Source of the DNA: Lachnospiraceae bacterium
GTDB taxonomy: Bacteria; Bacillota; Clostridia; Lachnospirales; Lachnospiraceae
Direction: 5' to 3'
DNA: 16,775 bases
Assembly: GCA_036343175.1 (NCBI GenBank)
Contig: JAZASR010000042.1
Location: 1-16,775 of the forward strand
Numbering within the stretch: the first letter of the stretch is position 1; each line of letters starts with the position of its first letter. This document shows, in pieces, positions 6,720-16,635 of this stretch. The position numbers were made by a program, and so were the translations under genes. The notes below the pieces were generated by a model. The model saw only the letters and a program-made list of their open reading frames with translations. It was not told where the DNA came from and did not search any database.

Positions 6720-7604
6720 ATGGATTCAATAATCAGTAAGCTTCAGCAGAAATTACAATTCGTAACATTTCCAAGAGTGACAATAACTGATATTGTTGAG
6801 ATCCTTATCCTTACTTTCTGCATATATGAGATCATTATCTGGGTAAAAAAGACCCGTGCATGGACTCTTGTAAAAGGTCTTATCATTATCTTTGCAGCCT
6901 ATATCGTTGCATTTGCTTTCAATATGCATGTAATACTGTGGATCTTTGATAAGACACTTACCCTGGGTATTACTGCTATTATCATCATCTTCCAGCCGGA
7001 CATCAGAAAAGCTCTTGAACAGCTCGGTCAGACCCAGATATTGAATAACTTCAGTATCCTTAATAATGATAAGTCAAAGGAAGTCAAGTTCACAGACAAG
7101 AGCCGTGAAGAGATGATAAAGGCTGCCATAGATCTTGGCAGGGCAAAGACCGGAGCCCTTATCGTGATCGAAAAAGATATTAATCTCAATGATTATATCA
7201 GGACAGGCATTGATCTTGATTCTGTGATTACCAGTCAGCTGCTTATTAATATTTTTGAAAAAAACACGCCTCTTCATGACGGCGCAGTTATCGTTCGCAA
7301 TGACAGAGTGGTTGCTGCTACCTGCTATCTGCCTCTGACAGACAGCCAGAAGCTTTCCAAGGAACTTGGTACCCGTCACCGTGCTGCTTTGGGCATAAGT
7401 GAAGCAACTGACAGTCTGACGATCGTTGTTTCAGAAGAGACCGGTGATATTTCTGTTGCTTCAAAGGGTATTCTTGTCAGAAATGTCGATGAGAATATTC
7501 TCAGAAAGAAACTTGTGGATTTTCAGGGTACTCAGGACAATACTGGCGGTAAGAAAAAGAGGAGCTTCAAGAAGCGCGGCCAGAAAGGAGAGTCAGGGGT
7601 ATGA
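6720..7604 (+). CDS. cdaA: Diadenylate cyclase CdaA (DisA_N/DAC domain, N-terminal 3 TM)
   Basis: Strong RBS AAAGGAGG. DAC motifs: GALIVIEKD, PLHDGAVIVRNDRVVAATCYLPL, TRHRAALGISEATDSLTIVVSEETGDISVA. Confidence 0.92.
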   Translation: MDSIISKLQQKLQFVTFPRVTITDIVEILILTFCIYEIIIWVKKTRAWTLVKGLIIIFAAYIVAFAFNMHVILWIFDKTLTLGITAIIIIFQPDIRKALEQLGQTQILNNFSILNNDKSKEVKFTDKSREEMIKAAIDLGRAKTGALIVIEKDINLNDYIRTGIDLDSVITSQLLINIFEKNTPLHDGAVIVRNDRVVAATCYLPLTDSQKLSKELGTRHRAALGISEATDSLTIVVSEETGDISVASKGILVRNVDENILRKKLVDFQGTQDNTGGKKKRSFKKRGQKGESGV

Positions 7605-9007
7605 AAAATATAAGATCAAAATTACGACCTGAGAAAATTCTGGCATGGCTCAAAGGTTTTTTTACTACTAATATATTAACCAAGATCTTATCTGTAATAG
7701 CAGCGGTTGTCATATGGGTCATCATCATAAACATAGATGATCCTGTTCTTTCAAAATCATTCAGTGTGCCGGTAACGACCACAAATATGGATGTATTACG
7801 GTCGGTAAATAAGGTATATGAAATTTCTTCAGGAGATATAGCAAAGGTCACCTGTAAGGGCAAGAAAAGTGTCATTGACAGGATAAGCAAAAAAGATATT
7901 GTGGCGATTGCTGACCTTTCAGAACTTTCATCTGTGAATGCGGTGCAGATAAAACCGAAGATCTCAGCAAAATACAGGGATAAGGTAACTCTTACCTGCA
8001 AGTCCGTTCTAAAAGTCTCACTTGAAGAACTGGCTGAAAAGAATCTGAAGGTCGACGTTCAGATCAATGGATCCGTTACCAATGGATACGCTTTGGGTAA
8101 TGTTACGGCACGTCCTAATATGGTGGAGGTGTCCGGAGGAAGCAGTGTCATCAATAATATCGCATCTGTAAAGGTCGTAGTCGACGTTAGCGATAAGAAG
8201 GAAAACTTCACTACAAAAGTTGAACCGCAGGCATATGATAAAGAAGGTGAAAAGGTCGAGTCGGATACTCTTGAGTTCTCTGAGGATGAGATCCTTGTCG
8301 TCGGTAAGGTACTTAATACAAAGACTGTACCTGTAAACGTACAGATACATGGAAAGCCTGCTGAAGGCAATGTATTTGAATCTGTTACATGTCTGCCGGA
8401 AAATGTCACGGTTGCAGGGAATGTAAACAAACTCTCCAAGATAAAGGAGCTTAAGATAGATATTAATATTGATGGCCTTACTGCATCTTCAGATGATCTC
8501 GAAAAGAACATTGAGACAGAAGATTACCTGCCTGATGGCATCATAGCTCTTCCTGATTATCAGAAGCTTTCCATCAAGATAAATATAGAAGGAAGCTTTA
8601 CAAAGTCAATATCTGTTCCTGTCTCCGATATTGAAATAAAGTATCTTCCGGAAGGCTTCAAGGCGGAGATCGATTACGATGAAGCTTTTGTAACCGCGGA
8701 GGTCACAGGGCTTAAGAACCAGGTGTCTATCCTTGCTGCCGAGGATCTTGAACCTTATATCGATCTTTCCGATGTCACGGAGGAGGGTAAGATCACAGCT
8801 GAACTTAAGATCAGCGATAATGATGATTACGGGCTTGCAAATATTATCAAGATCCCTGTGGTGATCACAGGATCATCTGGAAATACAGATAATCCCGAGG
8901 AGACCATAGCTCCTGAGCAGACAGAAGAGCCTGATGCCAATAATGGATCAGATAATGCCGGTGATGGCGGCAGTGACTCTGACAGCGATAAAGATCAGAA
9001 TGATTAA
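7601..9007 (+). CDS. cdaR: CdaA regulator CdaR (YbbR-like repeat protein) with an acidic low-complexity C-terminal tail
   Basis: Start overlaps the cdaA stop (ATGA). N-terminal TM segment, then repeated beta-rich YbbR-like modules. The conserved cdaA-cdaR pairing supports the call. C-terminus is D/S/E/N-rich. Confidence 0.85.
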   Translation: MKNIRSKLRPEKILAWLKGFFTTNILTKILSVIAAVVIWVIIINIDDPVLSKSFSVPVTTTNMDVLRSVNKVYEISSGDIAKVTCKGKKSVIDRISKKDIVAIADLSELSSVNAVQIKPKISAKYRDKVTLTCKSVLKVSLEELAEKNLKVDVQINGSVTNGYALGNVTARPNMVEVSGGSSVINNIASVKVVVDVSDKKENFTTKVEPQAYDKEGEKVESDTLEFSEDEILVVGKVLNTKTVPVNVQIHGKPAEGNVFESVTCLPENVTVAGNVNKLSKIKELKIDINIDGLTASSDDLEKNIETEDYLPDGIIALPDYQKLSIKINIEGSFTKSISVPVSDIEIKYLPEGFKAEIDYDEAFVTAEVTGLKNQVSILAAEDLEPYIDLSDVTEEGKITAELKISDNDDYGLANIIKIPVVITGSSGNTDNPEETIAPEQTEEPDANNGSDNAGDGGSDSDSDKDQND

Positions 9008-9058
9008 TACCCTGCCATGATAATAAAGCTCTTACGGTTAAATTAAGTAAATCTTCAC

Positions 9059-9087
9059 TTGATTTTAGCATACGGTTTATGTATACT
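9059..9087 (+). promoter_or_regulatory. Sigma-A-like promoter: -35 TTGATT, 17-nt spacer, -10 TATACT
   Basis: Seen directly. Predicted TSS near 9095, about 35 nt upstream of a strong intrinsic terminator. Confidence 0.35.
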
Positions 9088-9128
9088 ATTAGCTTGTGTG
9101 ATTTTACGAATTAGAACAGCATGCAATA

Positions 9129-9175
9129 TAAGCAGTGCAGCTTATCTTAAGTAAAAGCGGCACTGCTTATTTTTG
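9129..9175 (+). terminator. Rho-independent terminator (taagcagtgc...gcactgctta followed by a T5 run)
   Basis: 10-bp perfect stem, then a U-run (9170-9174), downstream of cdaR. Ends cdaA-cdaR transcription and/or a short transcript from the 9059 promoter. Confidence 0.7.
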
Positions 9176-9258
9176 TGGAATGGAATGGCATCCGGAGGAT
9201 ACATCTATTAAACCTGAAAGTGTCATTTCTTTTGTAATTACGGAGGAAAGAAGAAAAA

Positions 9259-11088
9259 ATGATCCAGAAGAGAGAAGACGTAAGAAACGTTGCAATAATT
9301 GCCCATGTTGACCACGGCAAGACTACCCTTGTCGACCAGCTCTTAAAGCAGAGCGGCGTATTCAGAGACAATGAGCAGGTCGGTGAACGCGTTATGGATT
9401 CGGGAGCCATAGAGCGTGAAAGAGGCATAACTATTCTCTCAAAGAACACAGCTATTAACTATAAAGGTATAAAGATAAACATAGTAGATACTCCCGGCCA
9501 TGCTGATTTCGGCGGTGAGGTCGAGCGTGTACTCAAGATGGTAAATGGTGTAGTACTTGTAGTCGATGCTTTTGAAGGCGTTATGCCTCAGACAAAGTTT
9601 GTAGTAAGCAAGGCGCTCTCACTAAACCTTCCTGTAATCGTCTGCGTAAATAAGATGGATCGTCCTGAAGCACGTCCTGCAGAGGTAGTTGATGAGGTAC
9701 TTGAACTCTTCATGGATCTTGATGCGAGCGATGAGCAGCTTGATTGCCCATTCGTATATGCATCAGCAAGAGAAGGCGTGGCTTCTCTGGATCCTGACAA
9801 GAAGGGCACAGATATGACTCCTCTTTTTGATACTATCGTCAACTATATTCCGCAGCCGGAGGGTGATCCGGAAGCTGATTTTCAGGCGCTTATAAGCACT
9901 ATCGACTATAATGATTTCCTTGGCCGCATAGGTATCGGCAAAATAGAGAATGGCACTATCAACGTCAATGACGAGGTAGTTATAGTGAACCACCACGATC
10001 CTGATAAGATGATAAAGACAAGGATCACAAAGCTTTATGAATTTGAAGGCTTAAAGAGGGTAGAAGTAAAGAGTGCCACGATCGGTTCTATAGTTGCTGT
10101 ATCAGGTGTTGAAGGCATTCATATCGGTGATACCATATGTTCACCAAATAAGCCTCTGGCTATACCGTTCCAGAAGATCTCAGAGCCGACCATTGCCATG
10201 AACTTCATGGTAAATGACTCTCCTCTTGCAGGTCAGGAAGGCAAGTTCGTAACATCAAGACAGATCCGTGACAGACTTTTCAGGGAACTTAATTCAGATG
10301 TATCCCTCAGAGTTGAAGAGACTGACAGTACAGACTGTTTCAAGGTAGCCGGCCGCGGTGAGCTTCATCTTTCAGTACTTATAGAGACGATGAGACGTGA
10401 AGGATACGAATTCGCAGTCAGCAAGGCAGAAGTCCTCTATAAGACTGATGAGCGCGGAAAGAAGCTCGAGCCTATGGAGCGCGCTTATATCGACGTGCCG
10501 GATGAGTTCTCAGGCGCGGTCATCCAGAAGCTTTCTTCAAGAAAGGGTGAGCTTCAGGGCATGAGTCCGATCGGAAACGGATATACAAGAATAGAATTCC
10601 TTATACCTTCGCGCGGACTTATCGGCTACAGAGGAGAGTTCATGACAGATACCAAGGGCAACGGTATCTTAAATACAGCTTTTGAAGGTTATGGTCCATA
10701 CAAGGGAGATCTTGACTATCGTTCAAATGGCTCCATCATAGCTTTTGAGGCGGGTGAGGCAGTTGCATACGGTCTCTTCATAGCACAGGACAGAGGAACA
10801 CTCTTTATAAAGCCTGGTGACAAAGTATATCAGGGCATGGTGGTAGGTCAGAGCGGTAAGCCTGAGGACGTTGAGATCAACGTCTGCAAGACAAAGCACC
10901 TTACAAATACCAGATCGAATTCATCCGATGATGCTCTTAAGCTTGTGCCTCCTAAGATATTAAGCCTTGAAGAAGCACTTGACTTTATCGACAATGATGA
11001 GCTTCTTGAGATCACTCCTGAGTCGCTCAGAATCCGCAAGAAGATCCTTGATCCTACACTCAGGTTCCGTGCGAAGAAGAACGCGTAA
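9259..11088 (+). CDS. typA: Ribosome-associated translational GTPase TypA/BipA
   Basis: 609 aa. G-domain motifs [21 protein letters not shown]. Overall EF-G/LepA-like architecture of BipA length. Confidence 0.93.
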   Translation: MIQKREDVRNVAIIAHVDHGKTTLVDQLLKQSGVFRDNEQVGERVMDSGAIERERGITILSKNTAINYKGIKINIVDTPGHADFGGEVERVLKMVNGVVLVVDAFEGVMPQTKFVVSKALSLNLPVIVCVNKMDRPEARPAEVVDEVLELFMDLDASDEQLDCPFVYASAREGVASLDPDKKGTDMTPLFDTIVNYIPQPEGDPEADFQALISTIDYNDFLGRIGIGKIENGTINVNDEVVIVNHHDPDKMIKTRITKLYEFEGLKRVEVKSATIGSIVAVSGVEGIHIGDTICSPNKPLAIPFQKISEPTIAMNFMVNDSPLAGQEGKFVTSRQIRDRLFRELNSDVSLRVEETDSTDCFKVAGRGELHLSVLIETMRREGYEFAVSKAEVLYKTDERGKKLEPMERAYIDVPDEFSGAVIQKLSSRKGELQGMSPIGNGYTRIEFLIPSRGLIGYRGEFMTDTKGNGILNTAFEGYGPYKGDLDYRSNGSIIAFEAGEAVAYGLFIAQDRGTLFIKPGDKVYQGMVVGQSGKPEDVEINVCKTKHLTNTRSNSSDDALKLVPPKILSLEEALDFIDNDELLEITPESLRIRKKILDPTLRFRAKKNA

Positions 11089-11190
11089 TCTTAAAAATAC
11101 AGGATCATGCCGACCTGAAAAGTATACTTTTTCGAAGAATGCAGCTTTATTGATGGATTTAGAATCGATAGTTCCGGAGCAAAGATAAAA

Positions 11191-11221
11191 AAGTCCCCGG
11201 CAGGTGCCGGGGACTTTTTTA
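11191..11221 (+). terminator. Rho-independent terminator (agtccccggca-gg-tgccggggact + T6), potentially bidirectional
   Basis: 11-bp GC-rich stem flanked by an A-run upstream and a T-run downstream, just after typA. Confidence 0.8.
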
Positions 11222-11326
11222 GAAAATAATAGTAAATAAATAGTAAATAAATCACAGAAGGAGCTGAATAGGGAAGAAAATTTAGAAAAAATATCCGAAG
11301 TTTATGGTTTGTTTAGCGTCAACCCG

Positions 11327-11355
11327 TTTACATGAACTAATCCATATGCTAAAGT
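11327..11355 (+). promoter_or_regulatory. Candidate promoter for the leu T-box leader (-35 TTTACA, 17 nt, -10 TAAAGT)
   Basis: Hexamers seen in sequence. The -10 is imperfect. Positioned about 30 nt before the start of the T-box Stem I. Confidence 0.25.
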
Positions 11356-11384
11356 ATTTTAAGTTAATAAATGCGATGAAGGGG

Positions 11385-11695
11385 AATAGTAATTTCAGAT
11401 CGGATTCAATGCAGAGAGATGCTGGCTGGTGTGAAGCATCAGAAGAAGATCTTTAACGAACTCGCCCCGGAGCAGCTGCCTGAATCCTTCAGTAGGGTTA
11501 GCCGATTACTTCTGCGTTAAAGAAGAGAGATATTAACCTTGATATCTATCTGTCAAAGACGGCGGATATTTATTCAATGATGTATCTTATTAAGTGCATG
11601 ACTTCACAGTCATGAAGTAGAGTGGTACCGCGTAAGAATATTTTACGTCTCTATTATCCTGGTAGAAAAAAGACCTGGTAATAGGGACTTTTTTT
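11385..11695 (+). promoter_or_regulatory. T-box riboswitch leader (tRNA-sensing antitermination element), probable Leu specifier, upstream of leuA
   Basis: AG-box AGAGAG at 11413-11418. Distal loop GCTGG (GNUGG) at 11421-11425, flanked by the pairing arms gatgct/agcatc. Candidate CUC (Leu) specifier at 11461-11463. Conserved T-box sequence agaGTGGTACCGCG at 11619-11632. Terminator at 11648-11695. Confidence 0.85.
11648..11695 (+). terminator. T-box terminator hairpin (gtctctattatc ... gtaatagggac + T7)
   Basis: 12-bp stem (two G-U pairs) immediately followed by TTTTTTT at 11689-11695. Its 5' arm lies just 3' of the T-box sequence, as expected for competing antiterminator and terminator structures. 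Confidence 0.75.
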
Positions 11696-11738
11696 ATACC
11701 TGAAATTTTTATCATTTTATCAATTGGAGGTAAAGAAA

Positions 11739-13448
11739 ATGAAGGGTTTTGAAAAGTACACAAGAAGATATTTCCTGCCGCCGGAAAAGTGCACGGACTG
11801 GGTAATGAAGGATCATATCGAAAAAGCGCCTATCTGGTGCTCTGTTGACCTTCGTGATGGAAACCAGGCACTCATCGAGCCAATGGGACTTGAAGAAAAG
11901 ATAGAGTTCTATAAGATGCTGATCCAGGCAGGCTTCAAGGAGATCGAGGTTGGCTTCCCGGCTGCCTCTGATACAGAATTCAGATTCGTCCGTGAGCTTA
12001 TTGAAAGAGATCTGGTGCCTGATGACGTAACACTGCAGGTACTTACACAGGCAAGGGAGCATATCATCAGAAGGACATTTGATGCAGTAAAGGGTGCTCC
12101 TAATGCAATAGTTCATGTATATAATTCAACAAGTGTTCAGCAAAGAGAGCAGGTATTCAGAAAGTCAAAGGATGAGATCAGGCAGCTGGCAGTTGACGGC
12201 GCCACACTCCTTAAAGAACTGAAGGAGCAGAACGGAGGCAATATCCGTTTCGAATACAGTCCTGAGAGCTTCCATAATACTGAGGTCGAGTATGCTGTTG
12301 AGGTCTGCAACGCAGTTCTTGATGTTTGGGATCCACAGCCGGATGAGAAGCCGATCATTAACATTCCGTCAACTGTAGAAACTGCAATGCCTCATGTATT
12401 TGCAAGACAGATCGAATATGTAGATAAGCACCTGTCTCATAGAAATAACGTGATCCTTTCACTTCACCCTCATAATGACCGCGGCTGCGGCGTTGCATGC
12501 GCGGAGCTTGGTGTACTTGCAGGAGCTGACAGGATCGAGGGAACACTCTTTGGCAACGGCGAGCGTACAGGTAACCTCGATATCCTGACCGTAGCCATGA
12601 ACCTCTATGCATACGGTGTAGATCCTGAACTTGATTTCTCAGATATGCAGTCGATCGCTGATACATATGAGAAGCTTACAGGCATGAAAGTGTCTCCAAG
12701 GCAGCCATATGCAGGAGATCTGGTATTTACAGCTTTCTCCGGTTCACATCAGGATGCCATTGCAAAAGGAATGGCTTACATGGAGGAGAAGGGTACAGAG
12801 AATAAAAAGTGGAATGTTCCATATCTTCCTATTGATCCAAGAGATGTCGGCCGTACATATGATTCAGATGTCATCAGGATCAACTCACAATCTGGCCGCG
12901 GCGGTGTCAACTACGTACTCAAGCAGAATTATGGCATCAACCTTCCTGATAAGATGCGCGGAGAGGTCGGCTATCTCATGAAAGGCATTTCAGACAGGGA
13001 ACACGCTGAACTTACACCTGAGAACATCAAGAAGATCTTCGATGATACATACATTAAGAATAATAAGTTCTTTGATATTTCGGCTGCCCACTTCGTACAG
13101 GAGTCTGACGGCAGCATCACAGCAAAGGTGACTATAGCCCATGGCGATGGAAAGGAGACTACCGAAACAGTCGAGGCCAATGGAAACGGCCGCCTCGATG
13201 CGGTAAGCAATGCTGTCAAGCAATGCATCGGAGTTGATTATACTCTTACGGAATATTCCGAGCAGGCCCTTACAAAGAAGTCATCATCACAGGCTATGGC
13301 ATATGTTGCCGTCGCTGATTCAGACAGTGATGACAAGAACATCTGGGGCGCAGGTGAGAACGACGATATCATAAAGGCTTCTATCGACGCACTGGCAAGC
13401 GCAGTAAACAGAAAGATGGGAATGAAGGAAGAAAATAAAGAAGCCTGA
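11739..13448 (+). CDS. leuA: 2-isopropylmalate synthase, long (LeuA2 / actinobacterial-type) form
   Basis: GGAGG RBS 8 nt before ATG 11739; the ORF track start at 11724 is a TTG inside the RBS. N-terminal APIWCSVDLRDGNQAL and HxH metal site (LHPHNDRG). 569 aa with a C-terminal LeuA dimerisation/regulatory domain. Confidence 0.9.
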   Translation: MKGFEKYTRRYFLPPEKCTDWVMKDHIEKAPIWCSVDLRDGNQALIEPMGLEEKIEFYKMLIQAGFKEIEVGFPAASDTEFRFVRELIERDLVPDDVTLQVLTQAREHIIRRTFDAVKGAPNAIVHVYNSTSVQQREQVFRKSKDEIRQLAVDGATLLKELKEQNGGNIRFEYSPESFHNTEVEYAVEVCNAVLDVWDPQPDEKPIINIPSTVETAMPHVFARQIEYVDKHLSHRNNVILSLHPHNDRGCGVACAELGVLAGADRIEGTLFGNGERTGNLDILTVAMNLYAYGVDPELDFSDMQSIADTYEKLTGMKVSPRQPYAGDLVFTAFSGSHQDAIAKGMAYMEEKGTENKKWNVPYLPIDPRDVGRTYDSDVIRINSQSGRGGVNYVLKQNYGINLPDKMRGEVGYLMKGISDREHAELTPENIKKIFDDTYIKNNKFFDISAAHFVQESDGSITAKVTIAHGDGKETTETVEANGNGRLDAVSNAVKQCIGVDYTLTEYSEQALTKKSSSQAMAYVAVADSDSDDKNIWGAGENDDIIKASIDALASAVNRKMGMKEENKEA

Positions 13449-13470
13449 GAATATAAGCAGGTGAACAGAT

Positions 13471-14625
13471 ATGCTGACTTTACTTTCCTATATCTTCATT
13501 AAGAACAGGGAGGATTATGAGAACTCAGAGGTCAGGAAAATGTATGGTATGCTTTCCGGAGCGCTGGGGATATTTCTCAACTTATTTCTCTTTGTCTTTA
13601 AGCTGATAGCAGGGATCGCATCACATGCGGTATCGATCATTGCCGATGCCTTCAATAACCTCTCCGATGCTGCAAGTTCTATAGTGATACTGCTTGGATT
13701 CAGGATGGCCGGCTATAAGCCCGATAAAGAACATCCATACGGACATGGCAGGGTAGAGTACCTGTCAGGAGTCATAGTGTCCCTTCTTATCGTCGTAATG
13801 GCAGTGGAAATAATTCAGACATCATTTGAAAAGAACAGCTCTTCACTTTCAGTGACGTCTCTTTCCATAGCGGCCCTCCTTGTATCTATAGCAGTAAAGA
13901 TCTATATGTTCATATACAATCTGATCTGGTCTAAAAGGATAAAAAGCCTTTCCATGAGGGCAGCGGCACTGGACAGTATCAGTGACGTGGTATCAACTGC
14001 GGCTGTTCTTGCTGCCCTTCTTATATCGCAGAAGACCGGTCTTAACCTTGACCGGATAATGGGAATATTAGTAGGACTCCTTATCCTTTACACGGGACTC
14101 TCAAGTCTTAAAGATACTGTAGATCCGCTCATCGGGCGCGAACCTGATGCGGGGTTTGTAGAGAAGATAAAGGACATTGCCCTTTCATTTGATGATGTAA
14201 AAGGTGTGCATGATGTAGTGGTCCATGATTATGGACCGGGGAAGGTCATGATCTCTCTTCATATAGAGGTGCCGGCTGATCAGACAGTATACAGGGCTCA
14301 TGTTACTGCTGATGAGTGTGAAAAGGAGCTGGAAAAGGAACTTGGGTGTATGGCTGTGATCCATATGGACCCGTATGATGCCGGAAGCATAAGGACCCGC
14401 GAGATCAAGCTCTTTATCAGGGATTTCCTTAAAGATATCGATGGTGATATCACTATCCATGATTTTCAGGAAGGAAGCAACGGAGACATGAAGAGTATCA
14501 GTTTTGATATATTGATACCATTCGAATCAAATGCGGATGATCATATCACGACAGAAAGGCTCCTTACAAAATTGAAAGAAAGATATCCGGAATATGAGTA
14601 TTCGGTAAGGATCGATAAGTTTTAA
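13471..14625 (+). CDS. Cation diffusion facilitator (CDF) family divalent-metal efflux transporter
   Basis: Six TM helices with CDF signatures (HAVSIIADAFNNLSDAASS, EHPYGHGRVEY, ALDSISDV) and a C-terminal cytoplasmic metal-binding domain. Alternative start at ATG 13540, which has a GAGG RBS. Confidence 0.85.
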   Translation: MLTLLSYIFIKNREDYENSEVRKMYGMLSGALGIFLNLFLFVFKLIAGIASHAVSIIADAFNNLSDAASSIVILLGFRMAGYKPDKEHPYGHGRVEYLSGVIVSLLIVVMAVEIIQTSFEKNSSSLSVTSLSIAALLVSIAVKIYMFIYNLIWSKRIKSLSMRAAALDSISDVVSTAAVLAALLISQKTGLNLDRIMGILVGLLILYTGLSSLKDTVDPLIGREPDAGFVEKIKDIALSFDDVKGVHDVVVHDYGPGKVMISLHIEVPADQTVYRAHVTADECEKELEKELGCMAVIHMDPYDAGSIRTREIKLFIRDFLKDIDGDITIHDFQEGSNGDMKSISFDILIPFESNADDHITTERLLTKLKERYPEYEYSVRIDKF

Positions 14626-14742
14626 TGATCAGCGCGAAAATAAATATAAAAGAAGCTCAGCAGGATGAAAAGCCGTATTACATGAATGCAGGCTCAGAAA
14701 ATATAGGAATAGATCCGGCTGAATAATAAAGGAGAAAAGCAC

Positions 14743-15996
14743 ATGGGAATGACAATGACACAGAAGATCCTGGCAGCTCATGCAGGGCTCGACAAGGTCG
14801 AAGCCGGCCAGCTCATCGAGGCTAAGCTCGACATGGTCCTTGCTAACGACATCACAGGACCCGTCGCTATCAATGAAATGAAGAAATTCAAGACCGGCAA
14901 GGTCTTCGATAAGGACAAGGTAGCTCTTGTTCCTGACCATTTTACTCCTAATAAAGATATTAAGAGTGCAGAAAATTGCAAATATATGCGTGAGTTCGCG
15001 CATACACAGGAAATAAAGAATTATTTTGAAATAGGTGAGGTAGGCATCGAGCATGCCCTCCTTCCTGAGAAAGGTCTTGTAACAGCCGGAGATGCGGTGA
15101 TCGGAGCTGATTCACATACCTGTACATATGGGGCACTCGGCGCTTTTTCAACAGGTGTCGGTTCCACTGATATGGCTGCCGGCATGGCAACAGGCGAGGC
15201 ATGGTTCAAGGTCCCGCCGGCTATAAAGTTCAATCTATCAGGAAAACTCAATAAATGGGTAAGCGGCAAGGATGTCATCCTCCATATCATAGGCATGATC
15301 GGTGTCGATGGTGCCCTCTACAAATCAATGGAGTTTTCGGGACCGGGAGTTAATGCTCTTACAATGGATGACAGATTTACTATTGCAAATATGGCTATCG
15401 AAGCCGGTGCCAAGAATGGTATCTTTCCTGTTGATGATAAGACGCTTGCCTATATCAGTGAACATTCAACCAAGCCATACAAGGCTTATGAAGCAGATCC
15501 TGATGCGCAATACGAGGCAGTTTATGATATTGACCTTTCTGCTGTTAAGCCGACAGTTGCTTTTCCGCATTTACCTTCCAATACGAAGACAGTTGATGAA
15601 ACAGGTGACATAAAGATCGACCAGGTAGTTATCGGTTCATGCACTAACGGCCGTATCTCAGACCTGAGGATTGCTGCAGAAGTATTTAAGGGCAGACATA
15701 CAGCAAAGGGCGTAAGGACTATCATAATCCCTGCAACCCAGGATATCTACAGGCAGGCAATAAAAGAAGGTCTCATGACGATATTCATAGACGCAGGAGC
15801 TATCATTTCCTGCCCTACATGCGGACCTTGCCTTGGCGGTCACATGGGAGTACTTGCTTCAGGCGAGCGTGCTGTATCGACTACAAACAGAAACTTTGTA
15901 GGCAGGATGGGAGCAACAGATTCAGAGATCTATCTTGCAAGCCCTGCAGTTGCAGCAGCGAGCGCCATCGCCGGCAGGATAGCTCAACCTGAATAA
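14743..15996 (+). CDS. leuC: 3-isopropylmalate dehydratase large subunit (aconitase-family, 417-aa archaeal/type-2 LeuC)
   Basis: RBS AAAGGAG. Aconitase-family motifs: GADSHT, Fe-S cysteines in IGSCTNGR and [10 protein letters not shown]. Confidence 0.9.
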   Translation: MGMTMTQKILAAHAGLDKVEAGQLIEAKLDMVLANDITGPVAINEMKKFKTGKVFDKDKVALVPDHFTPNKDIKSAENCKYMREFAHTQEIKNYFEIGEVGIEHALLPEKGLVTAGDAVIGADSHTCTYGALGAFSTGVGSTDMAAGMATGEAWFKVPPAIKFNLSGKLNKWVSGKDVILHIIGMIGVDGALYKSMEFSGPGVNALTMDDRFTIANMAIEAGAKNGIFPVDDKTLAYISEHSTKPYKAYEADPDAQYEAVYDIDLSAVKPTVAFPHLPSNTKTVDETGDIKIDQVVIGSCTNGRISDLRIAAEVFKGRHTAKGVRTIIIPATQDIYRQAIKEGLMTIFIDAGAIISCPTCGPCLGGHMGVLASGERAVSTTNRNFVGRMGATDSEIYLASPAVAAASAIAGRIAQPE

Positions 15997-16044
15997 TTTT
16001 TTTATAAACTTTCAATATTGATGTCAAGAAATGGAGGAAATTAC

Positions 16045-16539
16045 ATGGAAGCTACCGGACATGTATTTAAATATGGAGATAACGTCGATACAGACGTAAT
16101 AATTCCAGCCAGATATCTTAATTCCACAAGACCTGAAGAGCTTGCAGAGCACTGCATGGAAGATATCGACAGGAATTTTGTAAAGAACGTGCATAAAGGT
16201 GACATCATAGTTGCCAATAAGAATTTCGGCTGCGGTTCATCCCGTGAGCATGCACCTATTGCCATAAAAGCATCTGGCATTTCATGTGTCATTGCTGAAA
16301 CATTTGCACGTATTTTCTATAGAAATTCAATAAATATAGGTCTTCCTATTATTGAGTGTCCTGAGGCAGCCCGTGAAATTGCTGCCGGAGATGAGGTCAC
16401 CATAAACTTTGATACAGGTATAATTACCGATAAGACTACAGGCAAAGACTACAAGGGTCAGGCCTTCCCGCCTTTCATGCAGAAGATCATCAAGGCACAG
16501 GGACTGGTAAACTATATAAATGAGAACAAGTTTGCCTGA
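16045..16539 (+). CDS. leuD: 3-isopropylmalate dehydratase small subunit (type-2 LeuD)
   Basis: GGAGG RBS 7 nt before ATG 16045; the ORF track start at 16018 is a TTG. Aconitase swivel-domain motifs: [25 protein letters not shown]. Confidence 0.88.
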   Translation: MEATGHVFKYGDNVDTDVIIPARYLNSTRPEELAEHCMEDIDRNFVKNVHKGDIIVANKNFGCGSSREHAPIAIKASGISCVIAETFARIFYRNSINIGLPIIECPEAAREIAAGDEVTINFDTGIITDKTTGKDYKGQAFPPFMQKIIKAQGLVNYINENKFA

Positions 16540-16635
16540 ATAAAAGCAGGCGGACCGATGAAATGACCGGGCGCTTTCTTGGTGGATAAATACTTAAAGG
16601 ACACGCATGTTTATATGATTTCAGGAGGAAGGATC

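Noticed and set aside
11230-11251. Tandem duplication tagtaaataaa x2 after the typA terminator
   Set aside because: Only two copies in AT-rich spacer. Too short to call a CRISPR, minisatellite or binding array.
11724-11738. TTG-initiated extension of leuA (MEVKK) and TTG-initiated extension of leuD (16018)
   Set aside because: In both cases the TTG lies within or adjacent to the GGAGG Shine-Dalgarno sequence that serves the downstream ATG (11739; 16045).
16540-16635. Possible terminator after leuD (gcggaccg...gaccgggcgc tttctt)
   Set aside because: The arms are direct rather than inverted repeats (accg...accg) and no clean stem forms. The downstream IspD-like gene may be co-transcribed.
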